Positions 21,276 to 31,018 of a DNA stretch of 64,000 bases are shown in pieces. The notes under the pieces are model-generated. The model was given only the letters and a program-made list of their open reading frames with translations, did not search any database and was not told the origin of the DNA. The first letter of the stretch is position 1, and each line of letters begins with the position of its first letter. A program made the position numbers and the translations under genes. The DNA is taken from NCBI GenBank assembly GCA_963825245.1, contig CAWGSJ010000008.1, positions 265,736 through 329,735 on the forward strand, written 5' to 3'. Origin of the DNA: an uncultured Acidobacteriota bacterium (lineage in GTDB: Bacteria > Acidobacteriota > Vicinamibacteria > Vicinamibacterales > CAVVIG01).

Positions 21276-22258
21276 CTACACCGTCAAGACAAGCTTTCCG
21301 ATGTGCGAGCTCGATTCCATGACGCCGGTGGGCTTCGGCGGCCTGCCGAAGCGGAAACGTCGCGTGGACGAGCACGCGGACGGTGCCGGCCTCGAGGAGC
21401 GGCCACACGTGCTGCGTGGACGGCGCGGGCGATCGCGGCCTTCTCCGGGATCGACCGTGCCCGCAGCGTCGAACCGGTGATCCAGAGGCGTCGCTGCAGG
21501 ACGGCCCCCATGTTGATCTGTGATTTCGCGCCGCCGAGCAGGCCGATCTGCACGAGCCGTCCATCCCTGGCGAGGCAGTCGATGTTGCGCTGGAGGTACT
21601 CGCCGCCAACCATGTCGAGCACGACGTCAACGCCGTGGCCGCCGGTCGCTGTCGCGCGACGCTGGCCACGAAATCGGTGCTGCGGTAGTTGATTGCCACT
21701 TCGGCGCCGAGCGACTCGACACGCCGCACACTTCTCGTCGCTGCCGGCGGTCGTGATGACGCGCGCACCGAATGCCCGCGCAAGCTGGATGGCCGTCGTG
21801 CCGATGCCGCTCGACCCGCCATGGATCAGGATCGTTTCGCCGGCGACGAGCCGTCCGCGCTCGAAGACGTTGGTCCAGACAGTGAAGAACGTTTCGGGAA
21901 TCGCCGCGGCCTGAATCAGGTCGAGACCGCCGGGAATCGGGAGGCACTGCGGCGCGGGTGCCGAACAATATTCCGCGTACCCGCCGCCGCTGACCAGCGC
22001 ACACACGCGCTCGCCGGCTCTCCACGACGTCACGTCGGAGGCGACGCCAACGATCTCGCCGGCGATTTCAAGCCCGGGGATATCCGATGCGCCAGGTGGC
22101 GGCGGATACGCGCCCTGGCGCTGCATCACGTCGGGACGATTGACGCCGGCGGCCGCCACCTTGATGAGCACTTCGCCTGCGGAGACGGCCGGCGTCGGCC
22201 GCTCGACCGGGACGAGGACTTCGGGCGGCCCGGGCTCGCGAATCCCGATCGCAATCAT
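21276..22258 (-). CDS. NAD(P)H:quinone oxidoreductase, PIG3-like MDR (frameshifted)
   Basis: AGVNRPDVMQRQG, IPETFFTVWTN, IHGGSSGIGT, GSTLRAR. Confidence 0.9.
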
Positions 22259-22290
22259 AGCGGGCCATTGTATGCGTTGCGGCCGATCAC

Positions 22291-22349
22291 GTAGTGTCCG
22301 CCTTGAGGCGGACTCATTAGGTTCGGGTCCGGCTAAAGCCGGACACTAC
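22291..22349. repeat. Inverted doublet of GTAG REP-like palindromes
   Basis: GTAGTGTCCGCCTTGAGGCGGAC (+) and GTAGTGTCCGGCTTTAGCCGGAC (-); the second supplies the RDD stop. Confidence 0.8.
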
Positions 22350-22942
22350 TGGGCTGCGACCGCACGCGTCTTGGTGATCAGCTCGAATGCACGTTGATGC
22401 TTCTCGGTGAACAGGGCGAATAGCACGTCGATGATGAAGATCTGGCCAAGCAGCGGCAGTTGCCGGATCGCCGACTGGCCGAGACTGATCCGTGCGCCAG
22501 ATTCGCGGACAACGTGGATCCCCATCAGCCGCTTGCCGATGGTCTGGCCAGCGTGATGCTCGGCGAGGATGGTGTAGCCGAGCAACCCGAGCAGGCAGCC
22601 CATGATGCACAGGGGCGGCAGGAACCACGCAACCGCGGGCGGCAGGAGCATCCACAGGAATGCCGCCAGGCCGCCGACGAAGGCGACGATGACCACGAAG
22701 TCGATCAGCTTCGCCGCGGCGCGAGGCAAGAACGCCGCGCTGCGAAGAGGCACGGCGGCAAGATACGATTCAGCCAGCGTCCGCGGATCGCCGAACTGCC
22801 GAAGGACATCGTCGAGCGGCTGCCCGTGCTCGAGCCGCTCGGCAATATGACTTCGCACTTCCATCGCGATCTGATCGCGCAGGCTCATGCGCGGCGGCAC
22901 ATGGTCCACGACGGATTGAATGTAGGCGTCGGCGGTGGTCAT
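22346..22942 (-). CDS. RDD-family membrane protein with N-terminal HAAS-like domain
   Basis: EVRSHIAE...FGDPRTLA, then RAAAKLID and GQTIGKRLMGIHVV. Confidence 0.85.
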   Translation of the reverse strand: MTTADAYIQSVVDHVPPRMSLRDQIAMEVRSHIAERLEHGQPLDDVLRQFGDPRTLAESYLAAVPLRSAAFLPRAAAKLIDFVVIVAFVGGLAAFLWMLLPPAVAWFLPPLCIMGCLLGLLGYTILAEHHAGQTIGKRLMGIHVVRESGARISLGQSAIRQLPLLGQIFIIDVLFALFTEKHQRAFELITKTRAVAAQ

Positions 22943-23310
22943 TTGCCCTCCTCGTTGGCGAGCAGGTGTGCCATGGCAGTCACAAACGTGTTCCATTCGT
23001 GCTTGAGGCGTGCGAGCTCGGCGCGGCCCGTATCGGTCAGCTGGTAGTACTTGCGAGGCACTCCGCGCTCGGGAGTTTCCCAGCGCACTCCAACAAAACC
23101 GGCGCGCTCGAGCCGGTACAAGACCGGATAGAGCGTCCCGTCGGTGACCGCAAGCGTCCCATCGGACTGGGTCGTCAGCTTGGTGACGATCTCGTATCCG
23201 TACGCCTCTCGGGGTGCGAGCAGGTGGAGGACGATGAGCTCGAGCGACCCACGCTTGAGCTCGCGTTCGATGGCGGTCCGGTCCTCGGTCCGGTCGGATT
23301 CCCTGGGCAT
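22939..23310 (-). CDS. PadR-family transcriptional regulator
   Basis: YGYEI, GTLYPVLYRLE, RKYYQLTDTG; the start could be 23331. Confidence 0.92.
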   Translation of the reverse strand: MPRESDRTEDRTAIERELKRGSLELIVLHLLAPREAYGYEIVTKLTTQSDGTLAVTDGTLYPVLYRLERAGFVGVRWETPERGVPRKYYQLTDTGRAELARLKHEWNTFVTAMAHLLANEEGK

Positions 23311-23328
23311 TTCTGGGGATTGTATCGC

Positions 23329-23355
23329 CATATATTTTGTAACGCAAGATATATG
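23329..23355. promoter_or_regulatory. Putative PadR operator palindrome
   Basis: CATATATTTTG-TAACG-CAAGATATATG (10/11 inverted match) just upstream of padR. Confidence 0.6.
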
Positions 23356-23428
23356 ACGTGACATCAGTGCTCGGGGTTCCGGACCGCCTCTTGCGTTCCA
23401 TGAACCGCAGGGCGGACGCTAACTACAA

Positions 23429-23451
23429 GTCCGGCTAAAGCCGGACACTAC
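23429..23451 (-). repeat. GTAG REP-like palindrome
   Basis: Identical to 22327-22349; supplies the stop of the small hypothetical gene. Confidence 0.8.
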
Positions 23452-23708
23452 TCAAGAAACTGCCGCGGGACGAGCGCAAGCACGGGATACTGACGCCGGA
23501 GCTGGTCGACACGTTGCCAGTACTCCGGCCTTCGGAAACTCGTTCCGCAGATATCGCTCGCGCAAGCGGCGGATCTCCCACTTGTACAGGTCGCGGATGT
23601 AGTCGCGGACGAGCTCGGGCGAAGTCTGTGGAGTCGGTAGAACGCCGTGGCGAGGAAGTGCGGCGAGGACGTCGGCGCGGTACCGGACGGGTCGAAGTCG
23701 TCAGCCAC
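23448..23708 (-). CDS. Small hypothetical protein coupled to thrC (frameshifted)
   Basis: Reconstructed ...ELVRDYIRDLYKWEIRRLRERY...EYWQRVDQLRRQYPVL; its GTG overlaps the thrC stop. Confidence 0.55.
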   Translation of the reverse strand: MADDFDPSGTAPTSSPHFLATAFYRLHRLRPSSSATTSATCTSGRSAACASDICGTSFRRPEYWQRVDQLRRQYPVLALVPRQFLE

Positions 23709-25051
23709 GAAGGGCCTCGGCGACCGCCTCGAGTGACGCGTCCATCCGCAGGATATGACGTGGACGCGCGAGCGCTTCTGCCAGCGGCGCCGGCGTCTGC
23801 ACACCGCGGCCGATGATCGGCTCGACGATTTCCCGGAATTTCGCCGGGTGCGCCGTCGCCAGAAAGATCCCGACCTGCCCCGCCTGCCCCGCCTGCCCCA
23901 GATACGCCTTCAGTCCCATGTACCCGATCGCCGAGTGCGGATCGAGCAGATAGCCCCTGCGTCTCGTACACGCGCTTGATAGTCCCGCGCACGTCGTCGT
24001 CCCGGTATCCGGCGCCGGCGATGTCCCGGCGCATCGACTCGACGTCGTTGCGATACAGCCACAGCATCCGCTCGAAATTGCTCGGGTGGCCGACGTCCAT
24101 GGCGTTCGCAATCGTCCTGCACCGACGCGCGCGGCGTGAAGCGCCCGGACTCGAGATATTGAGGCACGACGTCGTTGACGTTGGTCGCGGCCACGAATCT
24201 CGCGATGGGCAGCCCTGCCCGCTTCGCCATCAGTCCGGCCGTCAGGTTGCCGAAGTTGCCGGACGGCGTGCACACGACGACGGCCGACTTCTCCAGCCGG
24301 CCTTCGCGCGCACGCGACCAGACCGGCGATCGCGTGGAAGTAGTACACCATTTGCGGAAGCAGACGCCCGACGTTGACCGAGTTTGCCGATGTCAGGCGG
24401 ACTCGCTCGCGGATCTCCCGGTCGCCGAACGCCTCGCGCGTCAACCGATGGCAGTCGTCGAAGCTGCCCGCGACGGCGTACGCGCGGACGTTCCCGACGT
24501 TCCCGACGTTCCCATCATCGGCGGCGTTGAACATCGTCAGCTGCGCTTCCTGCGTCGGGCTGACGCGTCCCTCCGGGTAGAGGACGACGACGCGCGTATG
24601 CGGCACGCCGTGGAACGCATGGGCAACCGCGCTGCCCGTATCGCCAGACGTGGCCGCCAGCACGGTGAGCGGCTGATCGCCGGTGTCGAGCGCCGCCATG
24701 AGCCGCGCCATCGTCCGCGCGCCGACGTCCTTGAATGCCAGCGTGGGACCGTGGAACAGCTCCAGGGCGTAGATGCCGGGCTCGACCTCGACGACCGGGA
24801 TGGGGAAATTCAGCGCCTCGACGACGGCTGCCTCGAAAGCGGTCGCGTCGAGCTTCGCCGCGCGTGTAGGGCCGCAGCACGCGGTAGGCGATCTCGGTCA
24901 ACGTCCGCGTCGGGAGCCGCTCGATCTCGCGCTCCGGCCATTCGTCGATCGTCTCAGGAACGTAGAGCCCGCCGCCCGGCGCCAGCCCCTCGACGAGCGC
25001 CTCGCGCAGAGAGACCGCGTCCGACGAAGCCCGCGTGTTTACGAAGCGCAC
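23701..25051 (-). CDS. thrC: Threonine synthase (frameshifted)
   Basis: GLAPGGGLYVP, ELFHGPTLAFKD, ATSGDTGSA, SANSVN, PSGNFGN, LATAHPAKF. Confidence 0.92.
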
Positions 25052-25094
25052 AGCCACTCACCGAGCTGCGGTACGGGCACGTGCGCGAAGTAAG

Positions 25095-25225
25095 GCGCGC
25101 ACGGCGCGCCTGCGAGGGAGCGGCGCGGGGCACAGGGGCCCCCGTCCCTCGACGTTGCTCGGGACGCCCTGAGCGCAAGTCGAAGGGCGCAAGCGACCGA
25201 GCCGGGGTGTGGGGCGGAGCCCCAC
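25095..25225. repeat. Nested intergenic palindromic elements
   Basis: A CCCTCGAC..GCTCGGG..CCCTGAGC..GTCGAAGGG hairpin inside a GC-rich element ending GGGGTGTGGGGCGGAGCCCC. Confidence 0.55.
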
Positions 25226-25229
25226 ATAA

Positions 25230-26180
25230 TCATGACGCGCACGTGGAGAGCACGCGCGCGCCCGCGGAAGCGATCGGCGAAACATAGGTCCGCGGCTCGC
25301 CGCCGATTTGGGCTTTCACCGCGGCGGTCATCGCTGCCGCGACCGTCGCAGCGCTGCCGGCGCCCTCGCACAGTGCGAAGAGCGACGGGCCGGATCCCGA
25401 CAGGCTGCAGCCGAGCGCGCCTGCCTCGACCGCCGCTCGCTTGATGACGGCGAGCCCGGGGACGAGCGACGCCCGACGCGGCTCGGCGATCGTGTCTTCG
25501 AGCGCGCGACTGATGACCGCGAAGTCGCCGCGGTGCAGTCCGTCGACGAGCGCGCCCAGGTTGGCCCACTGCCGGACCGCATCGCTGAGCAGCACCGTCG
25601 TGCCGAGCAGGTCGCGCGCGCGCGCCGTCTCGATTTCGAGGTCGGGATGGACGACGACCGCCGTCAGACCCGCCGGCACCGGGAGCCTGAGGATGTCGGG
25701 TGGATACGGGCGGCGGACCAGCACGAATCCGCCACAGATGCACGGCGCGATGTTGTCGGCGTGCGCCGATCCCGCCCCGAGCCGCTCGCCTTCGAGGGCG
25801 CAGGCAATCAGCGTGTCGGCCGTCGACCGGCCGCCGATCAGCGCGTCGACGGCGACGACCGCGGCAGCGGCGCTCGCGGCGCTGCCGCCGAGGCCGCTCG
25901 ACAGCGGCAGCCCCTTCCGGATGCTCAGCCCGACGCCGCGGCGTTCGCCGAGCTTCGTGAGCAGCGCCAGCGCCGCGACGCCCGCCGTGTTGCGCGCGGC
26001 GTCGCGCGGCAGCCGGCCGTTGTCGCCGTCGATGCTCTCGATGAGGACGCCGTGGGCGTTGCCGGAGAGGAACCGCGCCGTGACTTCGTCGCCCGGATGG
26101 TCGAGCGCGAAGCCAAGGACGTCGAACCCGCAGGCGACGTTCGACACGGTGGCAGGAGCAAACGCGGTCACGGAGGTCAT
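25230..26180 (-). CDS. thrB: Homoserine kinase
   Basis: PATVSNVACGFDVLGFAL, PLSSGLGGSAAS, HADNIAP, LSGSGPS. Confidence 0.95.
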   Translation of the reverse strand: MTSVTAFAPATVSNVACGFDVLGFALDHPGDEVTARFLSGNAHGVLIESIDGDNGRLPRDAARNTAGVAALALLTKLGERRGVGLSIRKGLPLSSGLGGSAASAAAAVVAVDALIGGRSTADTLIACALEGERLGAGSAHADNIAPCICGGFVLVRRPYPPDILRLPVPAGLTAVVVHPDLEIETARARDLLGTTVLLSDAVRQWANLGALVDGLHRGDFAVISRALEDTIAEPRRASLVPGLAVIKRAAVEAGALGCSLSGSGPSLFALCEGAGSAATVAAAMTAAVKAQIGGEPRTYVSPIASAGARVLSTCAS

Positions 26181-27197
26181 CGGGTGTAGCGGCGGCTGAT
26201 CGTCGGGATGAGGTACTCGCGGAACGCGCGCTCGAAATCGTAGGCCGGCTCGGAACCCCCAGTCGGCGCGCGCCGCCGAATCGTCGACATCGGCCGGCCA
26301 CGAGTCGACGATCGCCTGCCGTTTTTCGTCAATCTTATACGCGATCGCGGCGCCGGGAAACGCGGCGGCGACAACGTCACGGATCTCGGCGGCGCTCGAC
26401 GCTGAACGCGGCGACGTTGTAGGCCGTGCGGCGTAGCCGCTCTCGCGGCGCAGCCGCCAGCTCGAGCAGCGCCTCGGACGGCATCCGGCATCGCCATGAA
26501 CGGAATCCGCGTATCGGGCCGCACGAAGCACGCATACGGCTCGCCCTTCGCCGCAGCGTGGATCATTTCTGACGCGTAATCCGACGTCCCGCCCGCCGGC
26601 TGCGTCGCCGCGGAGATCAGCCCGGGAAACCGCACCGCCCGGAAATCGACGTGCGGCGTCGAATCGACCGACAGCTGCTTGTAGTGCTTCGCGTAATAGC
26701 GTCCCAGCTCCTCTGCATACAGCTTGTTGCAGCCGTACATCGTCGTCGGATGCAGGTACTCGTCTTCACGCACCCGCGCCGGTCCGCGCCTTCGTCGCGG
26801 GATCCGGAAGGCCATAGGTCGGCGATCGACGACGGGTAGATGAACGTCACGGCGCGGCCGTGCGATTCGCCTTGTTTCTGCGCGAACTCCAGCAGGTTCA
26901 GCGTGCCCTTCGACGTTGACGTGATGCGCGGTCATTGGCGTGAACTCGGCCCGGCGTGGAGAGCAGCGCGGCGAGGTGGTAGACGCAGTCCACCTCGAAC
27001 TCCGCCAGCATCCGCTCGAGAAGGCTCGTATCGCAGATCGATCCGGTGAACTCGCGCGACACGGAGCGCGCGACGGCACGGTCGAGCGGATTCACGTCGA
27101 GCGTGATGATCGCGGCGTCGCGTTCCGCGAAGCGCGCCACGAGCGCGTGCCCGATTTCGCCGCCGGCCCCCGTCACGAGTACGACCGGTTTTCGCAT
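26177..27197 (-). CDS. SDR-type NAD-dependent epimerase, L-threonine 3-dehydrogenase-like (frameshifted)
   Basis: LVTGAGGEIG, YHLAALLS, PTTMYGCNK, RFPGLIS, GGTSDYA. Confidence 0.8.
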
Positions 27198-27361
27198 CGT
27201 TTCACGATTGTACGTGCCGTACCGGTCAATTCCGTATGCGGCTCCTGATCTCACATCGCGCCCGTGGGGTGCTGTTCTGGAACAGCCTCAGACCCTCTGG
27301 CGCAATTGGCGCGGCCCAGGAAACGGGTATGAAATCAGCAATTACCGCCACTGCGGAGCTT

Positions 27362-27378
27362 CTGGCCGGGCCCTTGCT
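27362..27378 (+). promoter_or_regulatory. Putative sigma54 promoter of the collagen-like gene
   Basis: CTGGCCGGGCCCTTGCT has TGGC-N7-TTGCT with GG/GC 12 nt apart; an AAGGAG RBS follows. Confidence 0.55.
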
Positions 27379-27410
27379 CAACTCAGTGCCGAGCGATGCA
27401 AGGAGCTGAC

Positions 27411-28476
27411 ATGAACCGCGCACTCCGGAGACTGATTACAGTTCTGGCCGTGCTGATGATTCCCGTAATAGCACGTGCGGCGGACGACCCGCTCGTGATT
27501 ACGAGCGCCGAGGTCGACCACTCGACGAATCGGTTGGTGATCAGGGGGCAGGGCTTCACGGCAACCGGCAACAATCGCGCTTCGAAGAACGCGCACCCGC
27601 AGGTCACTCTGGACCTGCAGCCGCTCGTCGTCGAAAGCGCCTCGGCGTACCAAATCGTGCTCGCGCCGCTCTCGCCGACTTATCCCGAGGGCAGTCATCT
27701 GCTCACGGTTTCGCGCGGCAACGGTTCGAAGGACTCGGCGGCATTCGTGGTCGCCATTTACGACGAGGCATCTGGTGGCGTGGGACCGCAGGGCCCCGCG
27801 GGGCCGCAAGGTCCCGCCGGGCCGGCAGGACCGGCAGGCCCCGCAGGTGCGACAGGACCAGCAGGTCAGACAGGTCCCCAGGGTCCGGCAGGACCGGCGG
27901 GACCCGCAGGCCCCGCAGGTCCCGCGGGCCCGCAAGGACTGGGAGGGCCATCCGGTCCGGTGGGACCCGCGGGACCGCAGGGCCCCGCGGGAAAGGACGG
28001 AGCGCAGGGCGCAGCAGGACCGCAAGGCCCGGCAGGACCTCAGGGACCGGCCGGCCCCCAGGGCGCGGATGGATCGCAGGGTCCTGCAGGACCTCAGGGC
28101 GTGCCCGGCGCGACGGGATCAGCGGGACCGGTCGGACCGATTGGGCCGCAGGGTCCGATCGGACCGCAGGGACCCGCCGGACCAGCCGGCATCAGCGGGC
28201 TCGAGGTCGTCACAACAAGCCTCGTGTCGCCGATCCAGATGGAGTTTCAAACGGAGCTGAAGGGCAAGTCGCCGTGCCCGTCGGGTAAGCGCGTGATCGC
28301 CGGCGGGTACAGCCTCACGGGCCTGCTCCCGAGGGTGCTGACCGTGGTGACGTCGTATCCCGAGACCGGCCCCTCGGTCGTGACCGACGGCTGGATCGTG
28401 GAGTTCCGCAACAACACGTCGACGAACCTGGGCGTCGTCAACGTGACGGTGCTACGCGACCTGCGTCGCCAAGTAG
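27411..28476 (+). CDS. Secreted collagen-like protein
   Basis: Signal peptide, N-terminal beta-rich domain, 48 uninterrupted Gly-X-Y triplets (27774-28205), C-terminal [11 protein letters not shown] domain. The true stop is probably TAG 28474-28476 (the ORF as read ends at 28511). Confidence 0.88.
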
Positions 28477-28518
28477 GCCGAGGCTTTAGCCTGGCTTTAG
28501 CCTGGCTTTAGCCTCGGC
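28473..28518 (+). repeat. GTAG REP-like palindrome with an internally triplicated core
   Basis: GTAGGCCGA-(GGCTTTAGCCT)x3-CGGC. Confidence 0.75.
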
Positions 28519-28549
28519 GTCTCGGAACGCGTGAGGTATCGTGTAGCGC

Positions 28550-30001
28550 GTGAGCCAGACCGCACTCCGGAAACCGGCTGGTGAGGAGGAAGAACCAGCC
28601 GGTTTCCTCGCCCGATTCGCCCTGTCGCTCACCGAATGGACCGAGCGCTGGGTTCCCGACGCCTTCATCTTCGCGCTCATCGGCACGATCCTCGTCGTCG
28701 GCGCCGCCCTGGCCGTCACGCCGGCGACCACTGGACAAGTGATCGATGCATGGGGCCGCGGTTTCTGGGAGCTGATTCCATTCACGCTCCAGATGTCGCT
28801 CATCATCATCACCGGACACGTGCTCGCCACGTCGGGCCCGATGCGCCGGCTCATCCGGCTGATTGCCGCCTGGCCACAGTCGCCACGCAGCGCCGTGACA
28901 CTCGTCACGTTCTTCGCCCTGGCGACCTCGTGGATCAACTGGGGGTTCAGCCTCGTCTTCAGCGCGGTGCTCGCGCTCGAAATCGCGCGCCGTGTGCGCG
29001 GCGTCGACTACCGCGCGCTGGCCGCCGCCAGCTTCCTGGGCATCGGCAGCATCTGGGCCCAGGGCTTGAGCGGGTCCGCGGCGCTGCAGATGGCCAGCCC
29101 CGGCGCACTGCAACCGCAAATCCGCGACATCGTCGCGAACGGCGGGCTGGTTCCCGGCGGGATTATCCCGTTCCGCGACACGATCTTCCTCTGGCAGAGC
29201 CTTGTCTCCGTGGTCGTCGAGATCGTCGTCGTCACGATGGTGATGTGGTTCGCAACGCCGCCGGCCAACCGCGCGCGGACGGCGGCCGATCTCGGGATCG
29301 CTTTGCCGGACGAAAGCGAGCGCACCGAGGTCAACTGGCCGGGGACACCGGGCACGTGGCTGGAACATTCATCCATCCTCACGTGGCTCATCGTCGCGCT
29401 CGGCGGCGCCTTCCTGGTGCGCTACTTCATGGCCGCGCCAGAGCCGTTGAATGCGTTGACGCTGAACATCATCAACCTGTCGTTCCTGCTGGTCGGGATG
29501 GTGCTGCACAGGACGCCGGCTCGCCTGATGCGAGCAGTCCAGGAGGCGACGCCCGCGGTGTGGGGCGTCATCCTGCAGTTCCCGTTTTATGCGGGGATCG
29601 CCGGCATTATCACGGGAACGCACTTGAGCCAGCAGCTCGCCAGTGCGTTCGTCCAGGTCTCGACGCGCCACGACGCTTCCCCGCCGTCGTCGCGGTTTAC
29701 TCCGCGGTACTGGGCGTGTTCGTGCCGTCGGGCGGATCGAAGTGGGTCATCGAGGCGCCGTACGTGATGGAAGCGGCGCATGCGCTGAAAGTGCATCTCG
29801 GCTGGATCGTCGCCTCATACGACCTGGGCGAAGCCCTGGCCAACCTCGTGCAGCCGTTCTGGATGCTGCCCATTCTCGGCCTCTTCCGCCTCGGAGCACG
29901 CGACGTGATGGGCTATACACTCGTCGTTTTCATTGCGTTCGTTCCGACGGTCCTTCTGCTGGTTACCTTACTCGGAAGAACGTCTGTCCTATCCGCTGTA
30001 G
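28550..30001 (+). CDS. Short-chain fatty acid transporter, AtoE family (frameshift near 29670)
   Basis: RWVPDAFIF, VDYRAL, GLSGSAAL, ILQFPFYAGI, FVPSGGSKW, QPFWMLP. Confidence 0.88.
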
Positions 30002-30186
30002 GGTGCTTGATGCTTTCGATGTAGGGTGCTCGGCACCTTCGGCTGTAGTGTGCTGGGCGCCTTCGGCTGCAAAGTGCTGGCGCGCTGAGAAGACACGCGC
30101 GCCAGCACCCTACATCGTCAGAACGAAAGCACCCTACATCGTTAGAACCAAAGCACCCTACATCGTCAGAAGTAAAAGCACCTTGC
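29995..30186. repeat. Composite element of ~24-bp units in two inverted arms, copy 1
   Basis: Four GxTGTAGGGTGCT-like units, a central GGCGCGC..GCGCGCC, then AGCACCCTACATCGT units x3 plus a partial. Confidence 0.8.
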
Positions 30187-30190
30187 CGCG

Positions 30191-31018
30191 TCAGCCCCCC
30201 AAGTATCCCGGTCTCGCTTTTACCGACGTCCTGCGCCCCTTTACCCGTACGTCGAGCTGATGCCAGCCAGTGCGCGTGACGCCGCGCGGCGTGTAGCTAA
30301 CGAGGTACCGGTGGCGGAATTCTTCGAGCACGCCGAGGAAGACCGATTCGAGATTCTGCGTCCGCTCGACTTCGAACAACCGGCCGCCGGTCAACGACGT
30401 GAGCTCCTCGAGGAATTCTGGCCGGACGCGCGACTTCACCGAGACCCCGTACGCCACGACGCCCGATCTCTTTGCCGTATCGAGGACCGAGGCCGGTGGC
30501 AGCCAGCTGGCGGTGTCGACGCCGTCGCTGAAGACGATCAGCAGGCCGCGGCCGACGTCGGATTCGCCGACCATCATGCCGGCAAAGGTGCCGTCGACCA
30601 CCGCCGTCTCGCCAATCCCCTCCGCACGTTCGAGCGCTGCGCGAACCGATGCGACGTCGCTGGTCAGCTTCGCGCCGCGGTCGACGACATGGCTGAAGCT
30701 GACCAGCGCGGCTTGATCGTCCGCTTTCAGGCCGTTCAACAGCGCGCCGGCCCCCGTGAGCAGCCGGTCGCGGCGATCGCCTTCGACGCTGTTGCTCATG
30801 TCGAACACGAGGACCACGTTCAGCGGCACCTGGTCGAAGCTGACGAGATCGACCTGCTGCGCGACGCCGTTGTCCAGGATCTCGAAGTCGGCCGGGGTCA
30901 ATCCGAGCACCGGCTTGCCGTTGTCCGTGACGAGCACGTCGACCCGCACGGCGTCGACGCGGCTCGAGAACGTCGGCGCCTGCGCGAGGACAGCAAGAAT
31001 CGCCAGTGCGGTCCTCAT
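30191..31018 (-). CDS. VWA-domain protein, Acidobacterial type
   Basis: VRVDVLVTD, MIDAS DMSNS, TAVVD, FSDGVD, YLVSY, ARPGY. Confidence 0.9.
   Translation of the reverse strand: MRTALAILAVLAQAPTFSSRVDAVRVDVLVTDNGKPVLGLTPADFEILDNGVAQQVDLVSFDQVPLNVVLVFDMSNSVEGDRRDRLLTGAGALLNGLKADDQAALVSFSHVVDRGAKLTSDVASVRAALERAEGIGETAVVDGTFAGMMVGESDVGRGLLIVFSDGVDTASWLPPASVLDTAKRSGVVAYGVSVKSRVRPEFLEELTSLTGGRLFEVERTQNLESVFLGVLEEFRHRYLVSYTPRGVTRTGWHQLDVRVKGRRTSVKARPGYLGG

Noticed and set aside
22346-23401. 351-aa extended RDD ORF
   Set aside because: The extension overlaps padR in another frame; the real start is at the ATGA junction 22942.
25230-26531. 433-aa extended ThrB
   Set aside because: The N-terminal extension belongs to the frameshifted upstream SDR; ThrB starts at 26180.
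27198-27360. Thr attenuator or T-box upstream of the thr cluster
   Set aside because: No Thr/Ile-rich leader peptide, T-box motif or terminator seen.
29995-30186. Possible mini CRISPR array
   Set aside because: Period is only about 24 bp, the intervening bases are short and similar to each other, the arms are inverted, and there are no cas genes.
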